In this document: piece after piece, positions 7,112-14,725 of the stretch
Layout of the letters: each line of letters opens with the position of its first letter
How positions within the stretch are numbered: the stretch's first letter is position 1
Source of the DNA: a virus
Lineage: Duplodnaviria; Caudoviricetes
Reading direction: 5' to 3' (one strand)
IMG/VR virus record: IMGVR_UViG_3300033076_000758
Location: 1 to 40,282 of that record
DNA: 40,282 nucleotides
Notes under the pieces: model-generated
Told to the model about the DNA's origin: nothing
Database searches by the model: none
Seen by the model: the letters and a program-made list of their open reading frames with translations, nothing else
Program-made: the position numbers and the translations under genes

Positions 7112-7584
7112 CCGACACGTTAGCCGGTCAGACTGAGAAAGACCCCAGCGGCAGGGACCCGCACGCCCCCGGTGCCAAGCTCGACGCAGGCAAGCCGCGC
7201 CCTGGACTGGTGCTGGGAGGGTTCGCGCGCTCCCTGGCCGCCGTGGTGGATGTGGGCACCTACGGCGCCACCAAGTACACCGACAACGGCTGGATGGAAG
7301 TGCCCGGCGGCATCGCCCGGTACACCGACGCCATGCACCGCCACCTCCTCAAGGAGGCCACGGGCGAGTGGGCCGACCCCGACACCGGCATCGCGCACGC
7401 CGCTCACGCCGCGTGGAACGCGCTGGCCCGGCTGGACCTCATGCTGCGCCAGCGGGATGGTCAGGAAAAACGTCGTGCCGCAGACTACGCCGAGCAGGCT
7501 CGCCGCGCCATGAACAACGCGCAGCACAACTCCTATGGCGCCGGCCTGCGCGGCTACCAGATCCCCGGCATGGAGGCTCAGTGA
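7105..7584 (+). CDS. dATP/dGTP diphosphohydrolase-like protein (DUF5664 family)
   Basis: GAKLDAGKPR..L, V.TYGA.KY..NGW, RY.DA..RHL, D.DTG..H.AHAAWNALA motifs; AGGAG RBS. Confidence 0.8.
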   Translation: MPTDTLAGQTEKDPSGRDPHAPGAKLDAGKPRPGLVLGGFARSLAAVVDVGTYGATKYTDNGWMEVPGGIARYTDAMHRHLLKEATGEWADPDTGIAHAAHAAWNALARLDLMLRQRDGQEKRRAADYAEQARRAMNNAQHNSYGAGLRGYQIPGMEAQ

Positions 7585-8240
7585 CCGCGTGGTCCTACTC
7601 CAGCCTCCAGGCCTTCGAGACCTGCCCGCGCCGCTACGCCGTGGTGCGCGTGTACAAGCAGGTCAAGGAGCCCCAGACCGAGGCCACCATGCACGGCAAC
7701 GAGGTCCACAAGGCCTTGGAGCTGTACGGTCGAGACCGCACCCCCATCCCGCCCAAGTACGAGTCCTACCGCCCACTGGTGGACACTGTGCTCAAGGCGC
7801 CGGGGGAGAAGGTCTTCGAGACCAAGTTCGCCCTCAACACCGACCTCCAGCCGACGACGTTCTTCGGCAAGGACTGCTGGGTGCGCGGCGTGCTGGACCT
7901 CCAGGTCGTGCAGCCCAAGACGGCCATCGTGCTGGACTGGAAGACGGGCAAGCCCAAGACCGACGGCGACCAGCTCAAGTTGTTCGCGGCGGCGACCTTC
8001 GCGCTGCGTCCGCACATCGAGAAGGTCCACACGGGCTACGTTTGGCTTGCGCATGACAAGTTAGACCGCGAGACTTTCACCCGGGAGCAGGCGCCGCAAA
8101 TCTGGGCCGAGTTCCGCATCCGTGTCGAGCGGCTGGACAACGCTATGAAGTACGACGACTTCCCTCCCAAACCATCGGGCCTCTGCAAGAACTGGTGCCC
8201 GGTGCCCAACAACATCTGCGAGTTCTCAGGGAAAAGGTAA
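7581..8240 (+). CDS. PD-(D/E)XK exonuclease (Cas4/RecB-like)
   Basis: WSYSSL..FETCPR, G.EVH..LE, RGVLD, DWKTGK, QLKLF, C..WC.V..C. Confidence 0.85.
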   Translation: MTAWSYSSLQAFETCPRRYAVVRVYKQVKEPQTEATMHGNEVHKALELYGRDRTPIPPKYESYRPLVDTVLKAPGEKVFETKFALNTDLQPTTFFGKDCWVRGVLDLQVVQPKTAIVLDWKTGKPKTDGDQLKLFAAATFALRPHIEKVHTGYVWLAHDKLDRETFTREQAPQIWAEFRIRVERLDNAMKYDDFPPKPSGLCKNWCPVPNNICEFSGKR

Positions 8241-8434
8241 TGGCAACACACACGCACCTCACCACCGACGAGTTGATCCAACAGGTGACCACCGATCCTC
8301 TGGCCACTGAGCGTGAGCTGGCGCTGGTGAGTCGGCTGATCTCCACGCTGGACGAGATCGACACCGTGGTCGAGGAAATCCGCAAGCACCAGGGCGACCT
8401 GTTGAAGGACTCGGTACATGGCACGGACCCCTGA
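8240..8434 (+). CDS. Hypothetical protein
   Basis: TAATG coupling; MATHTHLTTDELIQQV... Confidence 0.6.
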   Translation: MATHTHLTTDELIQQVTTDPLATERELALVSRLISTLDEIDTVVEEIRKHQGDLLKDSVHGTDP

Positions 8435-8714
8435 GGGCAAGGTCAAGGACGACATCAAGAAGTGGTTGCGAGACCGGGGCGTCTGGTTCTACATGCCTGT
8501 CCAGAACGGCATGGGGGTCACCGGCATCCCGGACTTCGTGTGCTGCATGGCGGGTAAGTTCGTGGCCATCGAGGCGAAGGCCCCCGGCAAGCGAGCTAAC
8601 ACCTCGGCCAACCAGGACCACCAGATCGCCGCCATCCACAAGGCTGGGGGCGCCGCCATCGTCGTCGATGACGTTGCGCAACTTGACGTGTTAGAGAGTA
8701 AGGAGCGGGAATGA
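8418..8714 (+). CDS. VRR-NUC domain nuclease (Holliday junction resolvase-like)
   Basis: TPEGKVK, GIPDF, F.AIEAKAPG, Q...I..I..AGG.A.VV. Confidence 0.85.
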   Translation: MARTPEGKVKDDIKKWLRDRGVWFYMPVQNGMGVTGIPDFVCCMAGKFVAIEAKAPGKRANTSANQDHQIAAIHKAGGAAIVVDDVAQLDVLESKERE

Positions 8715-8980
8715 CCAAGTCGAGTAAGGCCAAGCTGGCCTTCCAGAAGGAATACAACGCCCGGCCCGAGAACGTGGCCAAGCGCGTCAAGAACAACGCC
8801 GCCCGGCGCGAGGCCATCCGCGAGGGCACGGCCAAGGTCGGTGACGGCAAGGACGTGGACCACAAGAAGCCCCTCGACAAGGGAGGCACCAACGCCAAGT
8901 CGAACTTGCGCGTCGTGGACCGCAGCGAGAACCGTGCGTGGCGTGAGCGCCAACCTGAGATGTACGGCAAGAAGAAATGA
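8711..8980 (+). CDS. Small HNH endonuclease-like protein
   Basis: GDGKDVDHKKPL.KGG.N..SNLRV.....NR. Confidence 0.8.
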   Translation: MTKSSKAKLAFQKEYNARPENVAKRVKNNAARREAIREGTAKVGDGKDVDHKKPLDKGGTNAKSNLRVVDRSENRAWRERQPEMYGKKK

Positions 8981-9234
8981 CCCCCACGGAGATCATGCTG
9001 CTCGCGGTGTATCGCAGCCCCACCGTGGAGCTGGCGCGCATCTGTGACCAGTACCTCGGCCTCAACGCCGAGAACGCAAACAAGCGGGCGGGGCTCAAGC
9101 TACTCCCCTTCCCCGCTTTCCGTGTACGAGACAGCCAGAAGGCGCCGTACCTCGTGCATGTGCGAGACCTCGCACAGCACATCGACGCATGCCGTGACGC
9201 CGAAGAAGAAGCGCGGCTGCATTCACAACTGTAG
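8977..9234 (+). CDS. Pyocin activator PrtN-family DNA-binding protein (possible excisionase)
   Basis: T...LLA.Y, IC..YLGL, LPFPAFR..DSQKAP.LVH..DLA..ID signature. Confidence 0.75.
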   Translation: MTPTEIMLLAVYRSPTVELARICDQYLGLNAENANKRAGLKLLPFPAFRVRDSQKAPYLVHVRDLAQHIDACRDAEEEARLHSQL

Positions 9235-9243
9235 GAGAACCTC

Positions 9244-9600
9244 ATGAGTACCGACCAAGCCATCGAGCAAGAGATCCAGGCCAAGGGCCTGACCGCCCCG
9301 CGCGTAACGCCGGACGCGCTGCAAGCCGTCATCGCCAGCGAACACTACTTCACTGCGGCGGACGGCGCCCGCGAGTCCGAGCTTTGGCCCGCCGACGTTC
9401 CCAAGGATTCGCCACTGCATCTCCTGACCTTCTGCGTCCTGGTGCTGCGCAACGGCTTCACCGTCACGGGCGAGTCGGCCTGTGCCAGCCCCGAGAACTT
9501 CGACGCCGAGCTGGGCCGCAAGATCGCCCGGCGCAACGCCGAGGCCAAGATCTGGCCGCTGCTGGGCTACGAGCTGCGCACCAAGCTGGCCGGGGGCTGA
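9244..9600 (+). CDS. Phage protein, N4 Gp49/Sf6 gp66 family
   Basis: IEQEIQAKGLTAPRVTP, LTFCVLVLRNGFTVTGESACASPENFDAELGRKIA, IWPLLGY. Confidence 0.88.
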   Translation: MSTDQAIEQEIQAKGLTAPRVTPDALQAVIASEHYFTAADGARESELWPADVPKDSPLHLLTFCVLVLRNGFTVTGESACASPENFDAELGRKIARRNAEAKIWPLLGYELRTKLAGG

Positions 9601-9602
9601 CC

Positions 9603-9926
9603 ATGGACCCACTAGCCTTCAAAGACAACGCCGCCAAGCAGGCGTTCGCAGACGCCCTTGCCAAGTTCGTCGACCACTGCATCGAGATGCGCGAGGCGCA
9701 CGCCGCGATGGCTAAGCCGGCGCGCAAGGTGTACACCGACCGGGACATCAAAGCGACGACACTTCTGCGAGATCCGATGAGCGGGGTCGAGGTCGTCACC
9801 GCGCGCACGCACGATGGCCGGGTAGTCAGTGTCGAAGTCGACGGACTGGCGGCGACGCACAACGGCGGCTTGCAGGCCGTCGCGCTCCGTGCGCTGCTCG
9901 ACAAGCTCAACGCGGAGCCGTCGTGA
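9603..9926 (+). CDS. Hypothetical protein
   Basis: ATG 2 nt after the upstream stop; stop overlaps the next GTG. Confidence 0.65.
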   Translation: MDPLAFKDNAAKQAFADALAKFVDHCIEMREAHAAMAKPARKVYTDRDIKATTLLRDPMSGVEVVTARTHDGRVVSVEVDGLAATHNGGLQAVALRALLDKLNAEPS

Positions 9927-10327
9927 TCCAGTGGCTCGAACGCGACCTCGTCGTCGGGCCGTACCTCGTTCTCTGCACCTCCCAGGCTGGCTTTGACGAG
10001 GTGCTCACGCATCTCAAGAAGCCGTCGTATCCCTACCTCAACGAGGGCGCCCACGCCACGACCCATCACATCGGGCGTGGCGACGACGGGGGCATCGTGT
10101 GCGTCGTGGGTATCGCGCCCATGGACCACGACCCCATCGCCATCTGCGCACTGCTGGTCCACGAGGCCGTGCATGTGTGGCAGGGGTGGCGCGACGCGGC
10201 GGGGGAGCGCACCCCGTCCGCAGAGTTCGAGGCGTACGCCATCCAGAGCATCGCCGGGCGCCTGATGTGGGCGTACCGGGAGCAAGTCATCAACAAGGAA
10301 CAACCATGCACCCAATCGCAACCATGA
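9923..10327 (+). CDS. Hypothetical protein with HExxH motif
   Basis: LLVHEAVHVWQ ... EFEAY, a zincin-like signature. Confidence 0.7.
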   Translation: MIQWLERDLVVGPYLVLCTSQAGFDEVLTHLKKPSYPYLNEGAHATTHHIGRGDDGGIVCVVGIAPMDHDPIAICALLVHEAVHVWQGWRDAAGERTPSAEFEAYAIQSIAGRLMWAYREQVINKEQPCTQSQP

Positions 10328-10833
10328 TCGACCTGGAGACCCTGAGTCTCCGCACCGACGCCCACATCCTCCAGGTCGGCGTCGTCCGCATGAACCTCGT
10401 GACGGGGCAGTGCACGACCGATGCCTTTGGCATCAGCGACCAGAAGGGGCGCCACATCGACCTGGAGACCGTCAAGTGGTGGAACCAGCAAGACCCCGAG
10501 GTGGCGCGTGGCGTCTTCAACGCCCCCGGCATCACGACCGCCGACGCATGGGAGCGCCTGTCTGAGATCACGACGGAGTCGGACGTGTGGGCCAACCCCT
10601 CGACCTACGACCTCGTCGTGCTCAAGGACTTGTTCGGCGGCAGGACCCCGTGGTCGCACCGCCGTGGCTTTTGCCTCAAGACGGCGGCAGCGGTCATCGA
10701 CCCGGACGGGCGGCTGAAACCCGCTGACAACAGCAAGGCTCACGACGCCCTGGCCGATGCAATGTGGCAGCTCCAGTACCTGCGCGCGTTGTACGGGGCT
10801 GCCAAGGGTGTGACACCGCCCGCCGCTTCATAG
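10306..10833 (+). CDS. 3'-5' exonuclease, DEDDh family
   Basis: MIDLETL, TVKWW..Q, VWAN...YD, H.ALADA..Q. Confidence 0.85.
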   Translation: MHPIATMIDLETLSLRTDAHILQVGVVRMNLVTGQCTTDAFGISDQKGRHIDLETVKWWNQQDPEVARGVFNAPGITTADAWERLSEITTESDVWANPSTYDLVVLKDLFGGRTPWSHRRGFCLKTAAAVIDPDGRLKPADNSKAHDALADAMWQLQYLRALYGAAKGVTPPAAS

Positions 10834-11025
10834 ACAAATCAGTCCCATCCATCATGGGCGCGACGCTTAGTCGCCACCCTGGGTGGATGGCCCTAAACCC
10901 TTGATCTTCGGTTGTTGCTGTCACACCGCGCTGGTGTGAATTGGTGCGTTCTGGCATATCAAAGTACCAACGGTGTGCCATAAAGTGTGCCTGTCACCCC
11001 ACCAAAGAGTGTGCCTGTCACACCG
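10807..11025. other. attP region with core and arm-type repeats
   Basis: Region upstream of the integrase. TGTCACACC at 10919 and 11016, inverted at 10807-10815; AGTGTGCCTGTCAC at 10984 and 11008; core-like CCCAT-ccatc-ATGGG at 10844-10858. Confidence 0.75.
10838..10957 (-). pseudogene. dusA: Replacement 5' fragment of tRNA-dihydrouridine synthase A carried in attP
   Basis: Minus-strand frame MPERT...GWRLSVAPMMDGTD matches the conserved DusA N-terminal motif (R.SVAPM.DWTD); similarity ends there. Confidence 0.8.
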
Positions 11026-11031
11026 GAGATC

Positions 11032-12105
11032 ATGCCCACCATCCGAGAAAGAGACGGTCGCTGGCAAGCCATCGTGCGCGTCAAGCGGGCCGGCGTCATC
11101 ATCCACCATGAATCAAGAACCTTCGACAGCGAGCGACTCGCCGCCGACTGGGGCAAGCGACTCGAACAAGACATCAAGCGCACTGGCGTGGCCGCCCGGC
11201 GTCGTTCCGGCAGCACGCTCGGTGATCTCATTGACAAGTTCCGCGTGGCTCGTGAAGAAGTCCGACCCCTCGGCAAATCGCTCCACAGCGACCTCGACAT
11301 ACTCGTCCGCGCCCTCGGTGGAACGCGGCTCGATGTTCTTTCGGCGCAGGTCGTCACTGCTTTCGCGCGCAGCCGACGGGCCGAGGGCGCTGGACCTGCA
11401 ACGGTGCTTCACAACCTCGCCACCCTACGCACGGTCATGGCTGCTGCCGAGCCCATGTTCGGCATCCCCGTCAACGCCGACGCTGTGGCTTCCGCCATCC
11501 GTTCGCTCTCCCTCAGCGGGCACGTCGCCAAGTCTGCTCAGCGCGACCGGCGACCCACTCAGGTAGAACTGGATGCCCTCGTGGCGGAGTTCAAGCGGAT
11601 CGCGGCGTACCCCCAGACCTTCATCCCCATGCACGTCATCGTGCCGTTGGCGGTGGAGTTCCCGCGCCGCATCAGCGAACTGTGCCGCATGACCTGGGCG
11701 GACTTCGACGGCAGCGTCGTCACCCTGCGCGACACCAAGAACCCCCGCGTCGTGCGCAACGAGCGCGTGCCGGTCCCCGTGCCGGCGCAGCGCATCATCG
11801 CCGGCCTGCCGCGCACCGACGAGCGCATCCTGCCCTACAAGTCGGAGTCGGTGAGCGCGGCATTTGACAGGGCGTGCGAACGCCTGACAATCGAAGACCT
11901 GCACCTTCATGACTTGCGTCATGAGGGCATTTGTCGTTTGTTCGAGGCCGGGCTCAACATCCCCGAGGTATCCCTCATCTCGGGTCACATGAGCTGGGCC
12001 ACGCTCAAGCGGTACACCCATCTGACACCCCAACACGTTCTGGAAAGGCTCGATGCTCGTACACAAAGAGAGCCGCAGGATCGTCCTCAACCTGCGCAAC
12101 CCTGA
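11032..12105 (+). CDS. int: Tyrosine integrase, dusA-associated type
   Basis: GGAG RBS then MPTIRER; catalytic R (PRRISE), K (DTKNP), HDLRHE, GH, Y (LKRYTHL); divergent from the dusA fragment. Confidence 0.92.
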   Translation: MPTIRERDGRWQAIVRVKRAGVIIHHESRTFDSERLAADWGKRLEQDIKRTGVAARRRSGSTLGDLIDKFRVAREEVRPLGKSLHSDLDILVRALGGTRLDVLSAQVVTAFARSRRAEGAGPATVLHNLATLRTVMAAAEPMFGIPVNADAVASAIRSLSLSGHVAKSAQRDRRPTQVELDALVAEFKRIAAYPQTFIPMHVIVPLAVEFPRRISELCRMTWADFDGSVVTLRDTKNPRVVRNERVPVPVPAQRIIAGLPRTDERILPYKSESVSAAFDRACERLTIEDLHLHDLRHEGICRLFEAGLNIPEVSLISGHMSWATLKRYTHLTPQHVLERLDARTQREPQDRPQPAQP

Positions 12106-13603
12106 CCGCGTCACCTCGGTCATCCCGTCGGCGCGGTCCATGCAGCACGGGGAGACCACACTGGTGGCCGTGCCGCATGAGGATGACGAGGTGCGCGTGC
12201 TGCGTAACCTCGGCTTTGACCCGCCCACCCCGGTGGACACGTACTACAGCTTCCCGTGCGCCTACCCCAACGGCCCGATGAAGCACCAGCGCGCCACGGT
12301 CAGCTTCCTCACGGTGAACCCCCGGGCCTACTGCCTGTCGGGCATGGGCTCCGGCAAGACGCTGTGTGCCCTGTGGAGCTACGACTGGCTCCGGCAGACC
12401 GGGCGGGCCCGGCGCATGCTGGTCGTGGCCCCGCTGTCCACGCTGACGCGTACGTGGTACGACGAGGTGTTCACGCACTTCTCGCACCTGTCGTGCGCCG
12501 TGCTGCATGGCAGCATGGAGCGCCGGCTCAAGCTACTCGCCGTGCCGCACGACGTGTACGTCGTCAACCACGACGGCGTCAAGTCCAAGGAGCTGCTGGA
12601 TGCCCTGTGCAAGCGCGAAGACATCGACGTGCTGGCCATCGACGAACTGGCGGTGGCGCGCACCCCGGGCACGGAGCGGTTCCGGGCGCTCAACCGGCTG
12701 GTGCACGAGCGGTCCTACGTCTGGGGCTTCACCGGCACGCCGACGCCCAACGCCCCCACCGACGCCTGGGCGCAGTGCCGACTCATCACGCCGCACACCG
12801 TGCCCAAGTTCTTCGGCCAGTTCCGCGACACCGTCATGCGGCAGTTCGGCCCCTACAAGTGGCTGCCCAAGCCCGACGCCATCGAGAAGGTGTACGAAGT
12901 CATGCGCCCGGCCATCCGGTTCAGTCGGGAGGAGTGTGTCGACCTGCCGCCGACCACCTACCAGACCCGCGAGGTGCCGCTGACCAAGGAGCAGACCGAG
13001 CTGTTCAACGCGATGCTCAAGACGCTCAAGGCGGAGTACGCAGGTGGCTCGGTACTGGCGGTCAACGAGGCCGTCAAGATCAGCAAGCTCATGCAGATCG
13101 CGTGCGGCGTGGCCTACGGCAAGGACGGGGAGATCGACATCCCCTGCCAGCCCCGGCTCAACGTGCTCGACGAGATCATCGAGGAGGCCGAAGGCAAGGT
13201 CATCGTCTTCGTGCCGTTCACCAAGGCGCTGCTCAAGGTTGCCGAGCACCTACGCAAGACGACCACGGTCGAGTGCGTGTACGGCGAGATCAGCAAGAAC
13301 GAGCGCGACCGCATCTTCCAAGCCTTCCAGAAGACGGCGGACCCTCGCGTCCTGGTGGCCGACGCTCGCACCATGAGCCACGGGTTGTCCCTGACAGCGG
13401 CTAACACGACAGTGTGGTACGGCCCGACGACCAGCACGGAGACGTACTTACAGGCCAACGAGCGCACGCCGCGCCCCGGCCAGCGCCTGACAACGCACAT
13501 CATCCACATCGAGTCCACCCCGGCGGAGCGCGTGATCTACGAGCGCCTACGCCACCGCAAGTCCATGAACGGCGCCTTGCTGGACATGGTCGGGGGTGTG
13601 TGA
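12053..13603 (+). CDS. SNF2-family (SF2) helicase
   Basis: GMGSGKT, IDELA, TGTP.PN, HGLSLTAA, QANER..RPGQ. Confidence 0.92.
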   Translation: MLVHKESRRIVLNLRNPDRVTSVIPSARSMQHGETTLVAVPHEDDEVRVLRNLGFDPPTPVDTYYSFPCAYPNGPMKHQRATVSFLTVNPRAYCLSGMGSGKTLCALWSYDWLRQTGRARRMLVVAPLSTLTRTWYDEVFTHFSHLSCAVLHGSMERRLKLLAVPHDVYVVNHDGVKSKELLDALCKREDIDVLAIDELAVARTPGTERFRALNRLVHERSYVWGFTGTPTPNAPTDAWAQCRLITPHTVPKFFGQFRDTVMRQFGPYKWLPKPDAIEKVYEVMRPAIRFSREECVDLPPTTYQTREVPLTKEQTELFNAMLKTLKAEYAGGSVLAVNEAVKISKLMQIACGVAYGKDGEIDIPCQPRLNVLDEIIEEAEGKVIVFVPFTKALLKVAEHLRKTTTVECVYGEISKNERDRIFQAFQKTADPRVLVADARTMSHGLSLTAANTTVWYGPTTSTETYLQANERTPRPGQRLTTHIIHIESTPAERVIYERLRHRKSMNGALLDMVGGV

Positions 13604-13674
13604 TGGGCCTGCGCCTTGCCCGCGCCGTCGCCCTCATCGCCATCTACGAGGCGAGCGAACGTGCTCGCCTGACC

Positions 13675-13702
13675 TTGCTTGTTTACACTAACCTGTTAGA
13701 CT
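13675..13702 (+). promoter_or_regulatory. Putative promoter overlapped by palindromic operator CTAACCTGTTAG (13688-13699)
   Basis: TTGCTT, 16 bp, TAGACT with extended-10 TG; GAGGAG RBS downstream. Confidence 0.55.
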
Positions 13703-13720
13703 GTTTGAGAGGAGCCAACC

Positions 13721-14110
13721 ATGACCAAGCCCAACATCGGAGCCATCGTCTCCAAGTACATCGAGCTGCGCGACCTCAAGGCGCAGATGAAGAAGGAGTT
13801 CGACGAATCCGTCGCCCCCGTCCAAAGCGCCATGGACCAACTGGAGGGGATCATCCTGAACAACCTGGAGGAGCTGGGGACTGAGGCGTTCAAGACCGAG
13901 GCGGGCACCGCCTACGTCAGCAAGCGCACCAGCGTCACCGTGGCCGACTGGGACGGGTTCTTCGGCTACGTCCAGGCTAACGGCCTGTGGCACCTGCTCA
14001 ACCACGCAGCCAACAAGACCGGTGTCGAGGAGTTCGCCAAGGAGAACGGCGACCTGCCCCCGGGTCTGAACTACCGCGTCGAGCGCACCGTCAACGTGCG
14101 CCGCAGCTAA
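13721..14110 (+). CDS. Conserved phage protein (coiled-coil; Gam/gp157-like architecture)
   Basis: YIELRD..., KTEAGT.Y, V.DWD.F, G.LPPGLN, VNVRR pattern, typical of genes next to phage SSB genes. Confidence 0.75.
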   Translation: MTKPNIGAIVSKYIELRDLKAQMKKEFDESVAPVQSAMDQLEGIILNNLEELGTEAFKTEAGTAYVSKRTSVTVADWDGFFGYVQANGLWHLLNHAANKTGVEEFAKENGDLPPGLNYRVERTVNVRRS

Positions 14111-14140
14111 CACTTCCAACCCCCAACCAAGGAGAACGAC

Positions 14141-14689
14141 ATGGAGTTTGAGAGCTTCCCCAAGATGGCCCGCCTGTCGCGGGACATCATCATCACCGAG
14201 AAGATCGACGGCACCAACGCGCAGGTCTGCATCACAGACGACGGTCGCGTGCTCGCCGGGTCGCGCACCCGGTGGGTCGTGCCCGGCGACGACAACTACG
14301 GCTTTGCTGCCTGGGTGGCCGCCAACGAAGACGAGCTGCGCAAGCTCGGCCCCGGGCGCCACTTCGGCGAATGGTGGGGCAAGGGCATCCAGCGGAACTA
14401 CGGCCTGACCGAGCGCCGGTTCAGCCTGTTCAACGTGTCGCGCTGGGGCGACGCCAGCGTGCGCCCTGCGTGCTGCGATGTCGTACCCGTCCTGTGGCAC
14501 GGTGCGTTTACCGACACCGCTGTGGACAACACCCTCGACAACCTGCGAGCGTACGGGAGCCAAGCAGCCCCTGGCTTCATGAAGCCCGAGGGCATCATCG
14601 TTTTCCACACTGCCGCAGGCATCGGCTTCAAGAAGACTTTGGAGAAAGACGACGCCCCCAAGTCCCAGGCATTCCCCGCCAGCGTCTAA
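14141..14689 (+). CDS. RNA ligase-like nucleotidyltransferase (Rnl2-type adenylation domain only)
   Basis: Motif I TEKIDGTN, SRTR, FGEWWG.GIQ, F.LFN, VVPVL, PEGII; AAGGAG RBS. Confidence 0.8.
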   Translation: MEFESFPKMARLSRDIIITEKIDGTNAQVCITDDGRVLAGSRTRWVVPGDDNYGFAAWVAANEDELRKLGPGRHFGEWWGKGIQRNYGLTERRFSLFNVSRWGDASVRPACCDVVPVLWHGAFTDTAVDNTLDNLRAYGSQAAPGFMKPEGIIVFHTAAGIGFKKTLEKDDAPKSQAFPASV

Positions 14690-14725
14690 CTGGCTACCAT
14701 CCAAACCCCCAACCGAGAGCACAAC

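Noticed and set aside
176-7584. 2-aminoadenine (Z) genome pathway (HD hydrolase + PolA + DUF5664-like)
   Set aside because: No PurZ in the window, and the HD protein looks SpoT/Mesh1-like rather than DatZ-like. An integrating lifestyle also argues against it. It cannot be fully excluded without the rest of the genome.
7581-8240. Cas4-like nuclease as evidence for CRISPR-Cas
   Set aside because: Stand-alone Cas4/RecB-like exonucleases are routine in phage replication modules; no cas1/cas2 or array.
10694-10981. 95-aa minus-strand ORF as a functional stand-alone gene
   Set aside because: Only the part up to ~10838 is meaningful (dusA replacement); the rest is antisense to the exonuclease.
13603-13884. 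ORF MGLRLARAVALI... coupled to the helicase stop
   Set aside because: Runs through the promoter/operator and overlaps the well-supported 13721 gene out of frame with shadow-like composition.
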